DNA from: an uncultured bacterium | GTDB lineage: Bacteria > Desulfobacterota > Deferrimicrobia > Deferrimicrobiales > Deferrimicrobiaceae | NCBI GenBank assembly: GCA_963741515.1 | Contig: CAVUIA010000001.1 | Location: 323,767-387,766, forward strand | Length of the DNA: 64,000 nt | Direction of reading: 5' to 3' | Shown here: positions 1 to 8,650 of the stretch, one piece after another | How the letters are laid out: each line of letters starts with the position of its first letter | How positions within the stretch are numbered: position 1 is the stretch's first letter | Notes under the pieces: model-generated | Database searches by the model: none | Told to the model about the DNA's origin: nothing | The model's input: the letters and a program-made list of their open reading frames with translations, nothing else | Translations under genes and position numbers: made by a program

Positions 1-2
1 AG

Positions 3-149
3 GCGTGCGCGGACCTCGTCATCGAGGCCGCGGGGAAGGACCCCTTCCGCGGGACGCACCCCACCGTCGACTGGACCGTCCAGCTCTCCTACGCGGAGGA
101 GGTCGGCCTGGGGACGCGCTCCTATGCCTTAAAGACGCTGGCGGTCTAG
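3..149 (+). CDS. 3' end of an upstream gene of unknown function, ending ...DLVIEAAGKDPFRGTHPTVDWTVQLSYAEEVGLGTRSYALKTLAV* (partial, runs off the window start)
   Basis: Frame 3 gives a protein-like C-terminus with a TAG stop at 147-149. The other frames are Arg/Pro-rich high-GC noise. Confidence 0.3.
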   Translation, partial: ACADLVIEAAGKDPFRGTHPTVDWTVQLSYAEEVGLGTRSYALKTLAV

Positions 150-910
150 CCGCGCTTGAAGGCGATCTCGATCCGCCGCTTCATCGGCGCCCAGGACTTC
201 GTGGTCAGGAAGCTCTCCTCCATGTCGTTGACCATGGACGTGAACTTCTGCATCGGCACTGCGAAGGTAAGCTCGTTGTTCTTCACGAAGGGCCTGGAGG
301 AGATGTCGAATCCCCCGAGCACGGCCCGCTGACGCTCCGATGTGTTCTCGAGGATCGGGTACTTGACGATGGCGCCGCAACCCGCGGAGAACGGGCAGTA
401 GACGCCGTCGAGCTCCGCCTCGGCGAAGTTGGCCAGCGTGAACAGCCCGGCGATGACGTCGGGCGGCGCGAAGAAGACGACCGCGATGGGCTGGTCGGCC
501 CACCCGAGCTGGTCGAACCGCCTGAAGACAAGGTACTGGTCAGGCGCCGAGAACGGCTGCTGCCGGCTTTCGTACTCTTTCACCAGCCCCGGGGTTTTCT
601 TGTACCGTTCGCCCTCGACCTTTCCGGGGATGCCGCAGGAGAGGAAATATTCGAAGTCCGGCATCGGAGCGTCCGAGAAACCGCAGTACTTCTTCCCGCC
701 GTGGCACCCGATCGAGTATTGGTCGAACCGCAGCGCTTGCCCCTTCCGGACCGTGTCCAGGTCCCCGATGAAGCAGCGGCGCTCCTTCGACAAGGGGAGC
801 TTCTCCGTCCCTTCCGCGCTGTCGGAATACCAGAACGCGAGGGGCACCTCGGCCTCGGGGAAATATTTCCTCCAGAGTTCGCAGAAACGGTCCTTGAACT
901 GCATGTCCAT
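146..910 (-). CDS. conserved hypothetical protein (DUF169-like, about 254 aa)
   Basis: Good-composition reading frame from ATG (MDMQFKDRF...) to the TAG at 146. It lies inside the longer track ORF 146..1999, whose upstream part is noise. Family assignment is from memory only. Confidence 0.5.
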   Translation of the reverse strand: MDMQFKDRFCELWRKYFPEAEVPLAFWYSDSAEGTEKLPLSKERRCFIGDLDTVRKGQALRFDQYSIGCHGGKKYCGFSDAPMPDFEYFLSCGIPGKVEGERYKKTPGLVKEYESRQQPFSAPDQYLVFRRFDQLGWADQPIAVVFFAPPDVIAGLFTLANFAEAELDGVYCPFSAGCGAIVKYPILENTSERQRAVLGGFDISSRPFVKNNELTFAVPMQKFTSMVNDMEESFLTTKSWAPMKRRIEIAFKRG

Positions 911-945
911 GGCTACAGGCCTCCCTTTTTTTATAGACGATCCCG

Positions 946-2094
946 TTATAGGCGGTTTCGTTCCTCGCGAAGGATGTCGAACATCCGGTCGACCTCTTCC
1001 GGCGTGTTGTAGAAGTGCGGCGAAAGGCGGATCCCGCCGCCCCGGGGGGAGCACATCGCCTTCCGGTTGAACATCGCCTTCCACAGCGCGGCGTTGTCGA
1101 CGCCGGGCACGCGGATCGTCACGATCCCCGAGCGCTCCTCGGGATGGTCGGGGGACAGGATCTCGAACCCGTTCTCCCGCGCCTTCTCGAGGATCCGTTC
1201 CGTCAACCGGCGGACCCGCTCCCAGATCCGGTCCATCCCGATGGACAGCAGCAGCTCCATGGAAGCGTTGAAGGCGGCCATTCCGACCGTGTTCATGCTT
1301 CCCGGCTCGAACCGCCGGGCGTCGGGCGACAGGCGGAAGTCGTAATTCTCGAAGTCGAAGCGGTTCTTCACGGAGTGCCAGCCCACGATGACCGGCTCCA
1401 CCATCTCCATCACGTCGCGGGAGATGTAGAACCCGCCGATCCCCTCCGGCGACAGGAGCCACTTGTGGCCGTCGGCGGACAGCGCGTCGATCCCGAACGC
1501 CTTCACGTCCATCGGCAGGACCCCGACCGACTGGATCCCGTCCACGCAGAAGAAGATCCCGTGCTTCTGGCAGTATTCCCCGATCCCCGAGAGGTCGTTC
1601 CGGTATCCGTTCACGAACTCGACGGAGGACAGGGCGATCATCCGGGTTTTCCCGTCGCACGCGGCGAACAGGTCTTCCTTGCGGACCCTCCCTTCCCTGG
1701 CGGCGACCATGCGCATCTCCACGTTGCGGGACTGGAGGCGCATCCACGGATAGATGTTGGACGGGTACTCCACGTTCGCGGTGACCAGGTTGTCGCCTTC
1801 CCTCCACGGGAAGCCGGCCGCCACGAACGAAATCCCCTCCGAGGTGTTCTTCACGAAGGCGATCTCCTCGGGGGAGGCCCCGACGATCTGCGCGAACCGC
1901 CCGCGGGTCTCGTGGGCGAGCTCTTCCCATTTCCGGATCTGCCACGCCCCTTCGTCCCGGCTGCGCTGCAGCATCCGGATGCCCGCCTCGGCGGCGCACG
2001 AAGGGATCGGGGAGACGGCGGCGTGGTTGAAGTAAAGGAATTCCGAAGCTACAGGAAATTCGGCGGAACGTATCGGACCGACATCGATCGGCAA
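946..2094 (-). CDS. cysteine desulfurase / class V aminotransferase (IscS/CsdA/SufS-like)
   Basis: Full 382-aa ORF with a PLP-lysine motif (SADGHKWLLSPEGIGGFY) and typical class-V aminotransferase architecture. TTG start preceded by an AGGAGGGG Shine-Dalgarno. Confidence 0.8.
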   Translation of the reverse strand: MPIDVGPIRSAEFPVASEFLYFNHAAVSPIPSCAAEAGIRMLQRSRDEGAWQIRKWEELAHETRGRFAQIVGASPEEIAFVKNTSEGISFVAAGFPWREGDNLVTANVEYPSNIYPWMRLQSRNVEMRMVAAREGRVRKEDLFAACDGKTRMIALSSVEFVNGYRNDLSGIGEYCQKHGIFFCVDGIQSVGVLPMDVKAFGIDALSADGHKWLLSPEGIGGFYISRDVMEMVEPVIVGWHSVKNRFDFENYDFRLSPDARRFEPGSMNTVGMAAFNASMELLLSIGMDRIWERVRRLTERILEKARENGFEILSPDHPEERSGIVTIRVPGVDNAALWKAMFNRKAMCSPRGGGIRLSPHFYNTPEEVDRMFDILREERNRL

Positions 2095-2175
2095 GGAACC
2101 CCTCCTGCGGTCGTTTCCGCGCCGGCGGGGGGGAACCCGGGGGCGCGTCCTGAATAATACGTTATAATATTCGCG

Positions 2176-2988
2176 ATGAATTGGTCAGAGGAAAACACTC
2201 TCCGGTACGATCGGAACCTCCGGCTGGCGGAACTGGGGAAACAGGGTCAGGAGCGGCTGTTCCGGTCCTCGGTCCTGGTCGTCGGCGCCGGAGGGCTCGG
2301 GTCGCCCGCCCTGCTGTACCTCGCCGCGGCCGGCGTGGGCCGGATCGGCGTGATCGACGGCGACCGCCTCGACCTTTCGAACCTGAACCGCCAGGTGATC
2401 CACAAGGCCGCCTCGGTCGGCCGCTGGAAGGCGGAATCGGCCGCGGAAACCCTTCGCGGTTTCCGGCCGGACCTGGCCGTGGACGTCTACCCCGCCATGC
2501 TCACCGCGGAAAACGCCTGCGGCCTCTTCCGCAAATACGACGCCGTGATCGACGCCTCCGACAACTTCCCGACGAAGTTCCTGTGCAACGACGCCGCCGT
2601 GGCGACCCGGCGCCCCCTGGTCCACGCGGGGGTCATGCGGTTCGGCGGCCAGATGCTCACCGTGCTGCCGGGCGAATCCCCCTGCCTGCGCTGCCTGATC
2701 GCGGAGATCCCTCCCCGCGAGGACTCCCCCGGGGCCGCCCAGGTCGGGATCCTCGGTGCAGCGGCCGGCATCGTCGGCGCCTGGCAGGCGCTGGAGGCCG
2801 TCAAGCTCCTCGCGGAGATCGCCCCACGCCCCGGCGGGAAACTGCTGACCCTCGACGCCCTCACGGGCGAGGTATCGCGGTATTCCGTGCCGAGGGACCC
2901 GGCGTGCCCCGCCTGCGGCGAGTCTCCCAGGATCGCCGACCCCCTCTCCCCGGCGGAATACGTCCAGGACCCGGCCCGCCCCGCATGA
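2176..2988 (+). CDS. ThiF/MoeB/HesA-family E1-like adenylyltransferase
   Basis: Rossmann motif VVGAGGLGSPALLYLAAAGVG and paired CxxC motifs (CLRC...CPAC). A TATAAT box sits about 8 nt upstream of the ATG. Its stop overlaps the next start (ATGA). Confidence 0.85.
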   Translation: MNWSEENTLRYDRNLRLAELGKQGQERLFRSSVLVVGAGGLGSPALLYLAAAGVGRIGVIDGDRLDLSNLNRQVIHKAASVGRWKAESAAETLRGFRPDLAVDVYPAMLTAENACGLFRKYDAVIDASDNFPTKFLCNDAAVATRRPLVHAGVMRFGGQMLTVLPGESPCLRCLIAEIPPREDSPGAAQVGILGAAAGIVGAWQALEAVKLLAEIAPRPGGKLLTLDALTGEVSRYSVPRDPACPACGESPRIADPLSPAEYVQDPARPA

Positions 2989-4022
2989 ACCCGCCGACTT
3001 CCGCCGCGCGCCGGAAAGCGGTGATCCTGTTCTCCGGCGGGCTCGACAGCATCCTCGCCGCCCGGGCGCTCCTCGACCAGGGGATCGACCTGCACGCCCT
3101 GCATTTCGACTACCCTTTCATGAACAAGGATATCGCGCTGGACGCGGCGGACGCCGGTCACTGGTCGCGGGCGCTGCTCGCCGCCGACCGGCTGGGCATC
3201 CCCCTCCGGACGGCGCATCTCGGGGAAGAGTACCTCGACATCGTCCGTCACCCGCTGCACGGCCGCGGGAAAGGGATGAACCCGTGCATCGACTGCCGGA
3301 TCTTTTCGCTGCGCGCGGCGAGGGTGTTCATGGAGGAGATCGGCGCCTCCTTCCTCGTCACGGGGGAGGTGGTCGGCCAGAGGCCGATGTCCCAGCGGGA
3401 AGACGCGATACGGGTCATCGACCGGTACAGCGGCTGCGGAGGGATCGTCCTCCGTCCGCTCTCGGCGAAGATCCTCGCCCCCACCGTCCCCGAGCTCGAG
3501 GGATGGGTCGACCGGGAGAAGCTGTTCGCCATCTACGGCCGCTCCCGCCGGGAGCAGATTCGCCTCGCGAAGGACTGGGGGATCGGCGAATACCCGGGCT
3601 CCGGGGGCGGGTGCCTGCTGACCGACCGCACCTTTTCCGTCAAGGTGCGCGACCTGGTCGACAAGCAGCCCGGTTTCGGCATGTTCGACGTCCGCCTCCT
3701 CATGTTCGGGCGCCATTTCCGGGTGGGGCCGGTCAAGGCGGTCGTCGCCAAGAGCGCGGAGGAGAACCGCCGGCTGGAGGCCTTCTGCCGCGGGAAGATC
3801 CCCGTGTACGTCTCCGAAAGCCACCCGGGACCGTCCGTCGCGATCGTCGGGGGGAACCCCGCCGAGCGGATGGACGCGCTCTCCCGCATTCTCACGCGGT
3901 ACAGCAAGGCCGACAGGTCCGGCCCTTACGAAGTGCGCGAGGTGTCCCCCGGGGGGGAACGGATGGTGACGGTGCCGGAGAACCGGGAGTTTTCGGAGGT
4001 AGGCCGTGGACTCCTCTGCTGA
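2985..4022 (+). CDS. PP-loop ATP pyrophosphatase, MnmA/TrmU-like thiouridylase-family protein
   Basis: SGGLDS PP-loop plus NPCIDCR, resembling the MnmA catalytic Cys region. Translationally coupled to the upstream E1-like gene. In-frame part of track ORF 2181..4022. Confidence 0.6.
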   Translation: MNPPTSAARRKAVILFSGGLDSILAARALLDQGIDLHALHFDYPFMNKDIALDAADAGHWSRALLAADRLGIPLRTAHLGEEYLDIVRHPLHGRGKGMNPCIDCRIFSLRAARVFMEEIGASFLVTGEVVGQRPMSQREDAIRVIDRYSGCGGIVLRPLSAKILAPTVPELEGWVDREKLFAIYGRSRREQIRLAKDWGIGEYPGSGGGCLLTDRTFSVKVRDLVDKQPGFGMFDVRLLMFGRHFRVGPVKAVVAKSAEENRRLEAFCRGKIPVYVSESHPGPSVAIVGGNPAERMDALSRILTRYSKADRSGPYEVREVSPGGERMVTVPENREFSEVGRGLLC

Positions 4023-4852
4023 CGGGTACGGAAAGCTCCTCTCCCTCCTTCGGGAAATGGGATCGGCGGTCGTCGCCTTCAGCGGGGGCGTCGACAGCTC
4101 CCTGCTGCTCCACGCCGCGAAGGAAGCGCTGGGGGACCGTGTGCTGGCCGTGACGGCCGTTTCGCCCACCTACCCCGCCGCCGAGCGGGAAGAGGCCTCG
4201 TCCCTCGCGAAGGCGTGGGGCGTCCGCCACCGCCTCGTCGAATCCGACGAGCTGAAGATCCCCGGATTCTCGGAGAACCCGCCGGACCGCTGCTACCACT
4301 GCAAGAAGGAGCTGTTCGGCATCCTCTCCGCCATCGCCCGGGAAGAAGGGTACGCCGCGGTCTGCGACGGGTCGAACGCGGACGACGCCCGCGTTTACCG
4401 TCCCGGCCGCCGCGCGGCGAAGGAGCTGGCCGTGCGGAGCCCCCTGGAGGAGGCCGGACTGACGAAGGAGGAGATCCGCGCTTTAAGCCGCCGGTTCGGG
4501 CTCCCGACGGCGGACCGCGGCTCGTTCGCCTGCCTGGCGTCCCGGTTCCCCTACGGCGCGTCGATCGACCGGGAGAAGCTGGCCCGCGTGGAAGCGTGCG
4601 AGGAGGCGCTGCGGCGTCTGGGCTTCCGGCAGTTCCGGGTCCGCGTCCACGGCGCGGTCGCCCGGATCGAGGTGGACCGCGACGAGATCCCCCGCCTCTT
4701 CGACGCCTCGACGGCCGACGCCGTCCACGACCATTTCCGGAAGAACGGCTTCCTCTACGTCTCCGTGGACCTGAAGGGATACCGCGCGGGGTCGATGGAC
4801 GAGGGGCTGCCGGAGGCCGCCCGCGGCTGGTCGACTGCCCGACGACCTGCTG
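4006..4852 (+). CDS. PP-loop ATPase of the LarE/COG1606 family (ATP-dependent sulfur transferase-like); 3' end uncertain
   Basis: GTG start with a GGAGG Shine-Dalgarno. Motifs SGGVDSS and CYHCK. Homology ends near the GSMDE motif (about 4810), but the frame stays open to 5292, so the stop was probably lost to an indel. Confidence 0.6.
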
Positions 4853-4855
4853 TAA

Positions 4856-5675
4856 GTCCGCAAGGGTCGCTGCCTTCGCACGGGATGCTCTCCGTTCGGG
4901 GACGCTCGCTCACCCTCCATGGCTCACTGCGGCTGCGGGTTTTCCTCGCTCCCGGCCTCCCTGCCTCGCTCGAGAAAACACGCCCCCTGCAGGGGAGCAT
5001 CTCGTGCTCGAGGCGACCCTTGCGGCCAACACCCCCAGCTCAGGCCACCTCCACAAGCCACCTATACAAGCCCACCGTAGACACAGGCCAACCGAGAGGG
5101 ACGTCTCTCTACGGAAAGTACGTACGGAAAAGCTTCCGATATAGGCGTAGGCGGTTTCGGGGGACAGACTTCGATTTATCGATAAAGGGTGGAGGGGAAG
5201 TCTGTCCCACGCTCAGCACGTACGGAAAACCTATCGATGTCCCCGGTGGCGAGGTCGCTCTTGCTCTGTCATCCTGTTGGTTTCCGGTTTAGTCGCACGC
5301 AAGGGTCGCTCCGAGCACGAGACCTCCCTACTTGGGGTCGGAGGCGGATCAAGGCGACAAGATCGCGGAGCGCCATGATGCCGCGTAAGCCGAAAGGGTG
5401 TCCCCTGAACGCAGGGACGAAAGTGTGGAACCGGCGGAGATCCCGCCTTCTTTATAGGCGGAAGCATTCGATGACCAATACGGGATGACGAAGGCCGGGA
5501 AAGCATTGATAAGGCAGGTTCGCTGGTCGAAGCCGGGGAACTGCGGCCCGCAGTGAACGGGGACAGCCCTTTTCGGCGTAAGCGGTATCCGTTGGCTCCG
5601 CGAACCGATCGCCTTGATCCGCCTGCAAGCCGTCCCCGAGGAGAGCATCTCGTGTGAGGGCAGCGGCCCTCGCGG
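4856..5675. other. ORF-free, highly structured region between convergent genes (candidate large ncRNA or decayed element)
   Basis: No protein-like frame on either strand. Several long-range complementary segments and a 12-bp hairpin; details are given in the findings. Confidence 0.35.
5134..5208 (+). repeat. hairpin-containing repeat element, copy A (stem GGACAGACTTC / GAAGTCTGTCC)
   Basis: The 11-12 bp stem, a loop carrying the palindrome TATCGATA, and about 25 nt of flank are homologous to the element at 58533-58603 in the opposite orientation. Confidence 0.5.
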
Positions 5676-7117
5676 TCACATCTTGAGGATGTTGGACTTG
5701 AAGATCATCTTCTCGTGGTCGTCGCCGTCCTCGGGGAACGAGGCGTGGCCGAACCGGACGTCCACGCGGGCGTCCTTCGACTTCTTCCGGATTTCGTCGA
5801 CTTCGACCGCGATGGCCTTCTTGATGCGGGGGATGGCGCTCATCTTGCCGTCCTCCGCCTCGGGCAGGATCATCCCGAACTTCGACGTCGCTGATCCGCG
5901 CCACGACGTCGTATTCCCGCAGCGTGTCCCGGAGCGTCTTCGCCACCCGCTTCATCACCCAGTCGCCGCGGCCGACGCGGGGGAGCGCCTCGTCGGGGAC
6001 CCGGGCCTGCACCTCGCAGATCATGAGCACCAGCCGGCGCTGGAACCGCTCGCGCCCGGCTGATCTCGTGCAGGAGGCGGTCCTGGAAATACTTCAGCGT
6101 GGGAAGGCTGGTCGCCTCGTCGAGGTTCCGCAGCCGGTCGTTCCGCTCGTAGGCGATGGCGTTGGCGACCGCCTTTTCGACGTACCGGACGTACTTCCCG
6201 AAGGTGGTCAGGTCCTCGGTGGTGAAGGAGGACGGGAAGAAGGTCTTGTGGGGGAACTTGTCGAAGATCGTCACGGTCCCCAGGACGCCCTCGTCCCCCC
6301 GCAGGGGGAGGCAGATCAGCGTCCGGGCGACGTCTCCGAATTCACGCCATTCGTTCTCCGAGGAGATGTCGCGCACCAGCAGCGACGGCTCGCCCTTGAG
6401 GATCCGCGTGACCGCCTTCTTGTCGAGGAGGAAGAGTTCCTTCTGCTCCCCTTCCGTCTTCATCCCGTAGGATTCCCGGATCCCGTACTTCCCCGTCTGG
6501 GGATCGAGGAGGCGGATGACGCACGTTTCCGCCTCCATGATCAGGCAGGCGGACGTCGCCACCAGCTTGAGAAGCCGCGAGAGGTCGAGCGTGGAGATGA
6601 TGTTGACCCCCGCCTCGTTGATGGCGGCGATCTTGGTCATCCGCAGGAGGGCGGATTCCTCCCGGAGCGATGCGCCCACCGTGTCGGCCAGCACCTTCGA
6701 GACTTCGGCGATGGCCGCCTGCCGGTCCTCGGGGATTCCCGCCTCGGTCACCGCATAGATGACGAGGACGCCGTGCGGCTCCCCGGAGGACACCAGGGGC
6801 ATCATCAGGACGGCCCCCTGCCTCCGGCTCCCCGCGGGGGGCACCCGCTCCTCGAGGACGACGGGGCGCCTTTCCGAGAGGGCGAGCTCTTCGAGGGTGC
6901 CCTCGGACGCGAAGTGGACCTCGGGGGCGGAGGGGTGCGTCCTGCGGGTGGAAGTCCTTACGAAGAAATCCTCGCTGTCCCGGTCGAAGAGCAGGACGGA
7001 AACGGTCCCGCCGCCGACGAACCCGGACACCTCTTCGCACACCACCTTGAGCCGTTCCTCGATCGGTTTTCCCGACCGCAGGATTTCTGCCGCGTTTTTG
7101 ACGAACGCATCGGGCAA
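5676..7117 (-). CDS. GAF-GAF-GGDEF-family protein with a degenerate GGDEF motif (SDVEF); reading frame broken twice
   Basis: Two GAF-like regions, then a GGDEF fold (...YFQDRLLHEISRARA | RERFQRRLVLMICEV...GDWVMKRVAKTL...ARISDVEF | GMILPEAE...). Single-base frame shifts lie near 6050 and near 5875, both in the same direction. Confidence 0.7.
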
Positions 7118-8160
7118 CTAGGGTCGCTCCTCGTCTATCGTCACGCGTATGCGCACGCGCACAGAGTTGCCCGCGCCGTCCAGGAACAGCGCGGGAAGGA
7201 TGGCGTGCCCCTCCGGCGAGACGAAGGGGGCCTCGAACTTGAGGAACGCGAGCTCCCCGCCGGTCGCCTTGACGGAGACCGTCGGGGCGGCGGCGCCGCG
7301 CCCCCGGGCGGCTCGTGCATCGCCTCGGGGCGCTCCACCTCGATCTCGCCCAGCTCCTCGAATTCCATCCGCGGCGCCGGCGGCGCCGCCGCGCTCCTTC
7401 AGCGACGTCGTCTCCAGCTCCAGCTCGACCTCCGGCCCCGCCGCGGGTTCCTTGATCTCCTCGACGTCGGAGATCTCCTCGAGCGGCTCCGCCTCCTGCT
7501 GCCCGAAGGTCTTCTGGATCTTGTCGTCGGCGAGCTCCATCAGCCCTTCCTGCGACGCCATCTCGCCGGGCATCAGGAGCGTCTTGCGCAGGTGGGTGAA
7601 GACGAGCCGGGAGATGGCCACGAGCGTCTCGGTGACGCCCTTGCCCGTGGGGGCCACGGCCTCGTGCGTCGGGACGTGGAGGATGTTCAGCGTCTCGTCC
7701 AGCTCCTTCGTCGTCATGACGTTCTTCAGGTCGCGCTTGTTGTACTGGATGATGAACGGCAGCTCCTCCAGCTTCTTGCCGTAGCTGGAGAGGTTGTCGA
7801 TCAGGTTCTTCAGGCTCTCCATGTTGCTGTTCGCCATCTCCCGCTGCGAATCGGCGACGAACACGACGCCGTCGACCCCCTGCAGCACCAGCCGGCGGGT
7901 CGCGTTGTAGAAGACCTGCCCCGGCACGGTGTAGAGGTGGAAGCGGACCTTGAACCCCTTGATCTGGCCCAGCTCGATCGGCAGGAAATCGAAGAACAGG
8001 GTCCGGTCGGTCTCGGTGGGAAGCGAGATCAGGCGCCCCTTCTGGTCGGGCGCAGCAGCTTGTGGACCATCTCGATGTTGGTGGTCTTGCCGGACAAGCC
8101 CGGGCCGTAGTATACGATTTTCGCGCTGAGCTCTCGGGTTGCGTAGTTGAACAGTGCCAC
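7118..8160 (-). CDS. mglA: MglA-family Ras-like small GTPase with a C-terminal extension; frameshift near 7960
   Basis: Close match to M. xanthus MglA: KIVYYGPGLSGKTTN...LISLPTETDRTLFFDFLP...TVPGQVFYNATRRLVLQGVDGVVFVADSQ...IQYNKRDL. GTG start after a GGGAGA element. A base appears to be missing in CGCCCG-ACCAG. Whether the last 150 aa are a real domain or a separate gene is unresolved. Confidence 0.65.
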
Positions 8161-8176
8161 GGCTTCTCCCGGACGG

Positions 8177-8555
8177 TTATGATCTCTTCGCCGCCAGCCG
8201 CTTCGCTTCCTGGCGGACGACGATGCTCACGCTGCGGTTGTTCATCAGGACCCTCAGCTCGTTCGCTGGCGAACCCGTTGAGGAACCGGATCGCCGCGGG
8301 CGGCGGGGTCCGCGGATTCTGCACGATCGCCGACACGACCTGCCGGTTCGAGGTCCATTGCCGGTTGTCCGCGATGGCCCTCAGGATCTCCTCGTTCGTC
8401 AGGGAGGAAGACGCGAAGGCGACGACGTCCTCCTCGGACAGCCTCGGACTGCCGATCACCGCCCGGGCGACCATGGTGCTGGCGTCCTTGGACAGGATCT
8501 TCCGGACTTCCCGGTTCCCCTTCGACGCCAGCTCGACCTTTTCCGGCACCGTCAT
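8177..8555 (-). CDS. hypothetical helical-repeat protein immediately upstream of mglA (frame broken near 8270)
   Basis: MTVPEKVELASKGNREVRKILSKD...NEEILRAIADNRQW...AIRFLNGFAS, then a shift to ...NELRVLMNNRSVSIVVRQEAKRLAAKRS*. The TAA stop lies just before the mglA ribosome-binding site. Confidence 0.4.
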
Positions 8556-8650
8556 CGCGGAGATCTTCGCCTCGAGGGAGCGGCGCTCGTCCGCCCCGAT
8601 CGGCCGATCCCCGGTCAGCTCGTCGTTCGGCTGCCGATCGCCCGGAACGG

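Noticed and set aside
5-1012. Long track ORFs with Arg/Gly/Pro-rich translations overlapping real genes (for example 5..1012 +, 1015..2157 +, 6342..9467 -, 17878..19968 -, 24381..25946 N-terminal part).
   Set aside because: They have the composition typical of wrong-frame reading in GC-rich DNA and fully overlap well-supported genes. Only the sub-segments that match conserved proteins were kept.
4856-5675. RNase P RNA, tmRNA, SRP RNA or a cobalamin riboswitch as the identity of the structured region.
   Set aside because: The hallmark motifs are absent: the RNase P P4 sequences, the tmRNA tRNA-like ends and ALAA-type tag frame, and the B12 box.
4856-5675. Group II intron or retron.
   Set aside because: A GTGCGAC-like 5' motif and ACGTACGG segments exist, but there is no recognisable domain V and no reverse-transcriptase ORF. 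It stays a possibility only as a decayed remnant.
7118-7560. Interpreting the last 150 codons of the mglA reading frame as a separate PilZ-like gene.
   Set aside because: The acidic linker is continuous and the segment has no start or Shine-Dalgarno of its own. A possible additional indel prevents a decision, so it stays part of the mglA-like CDS.
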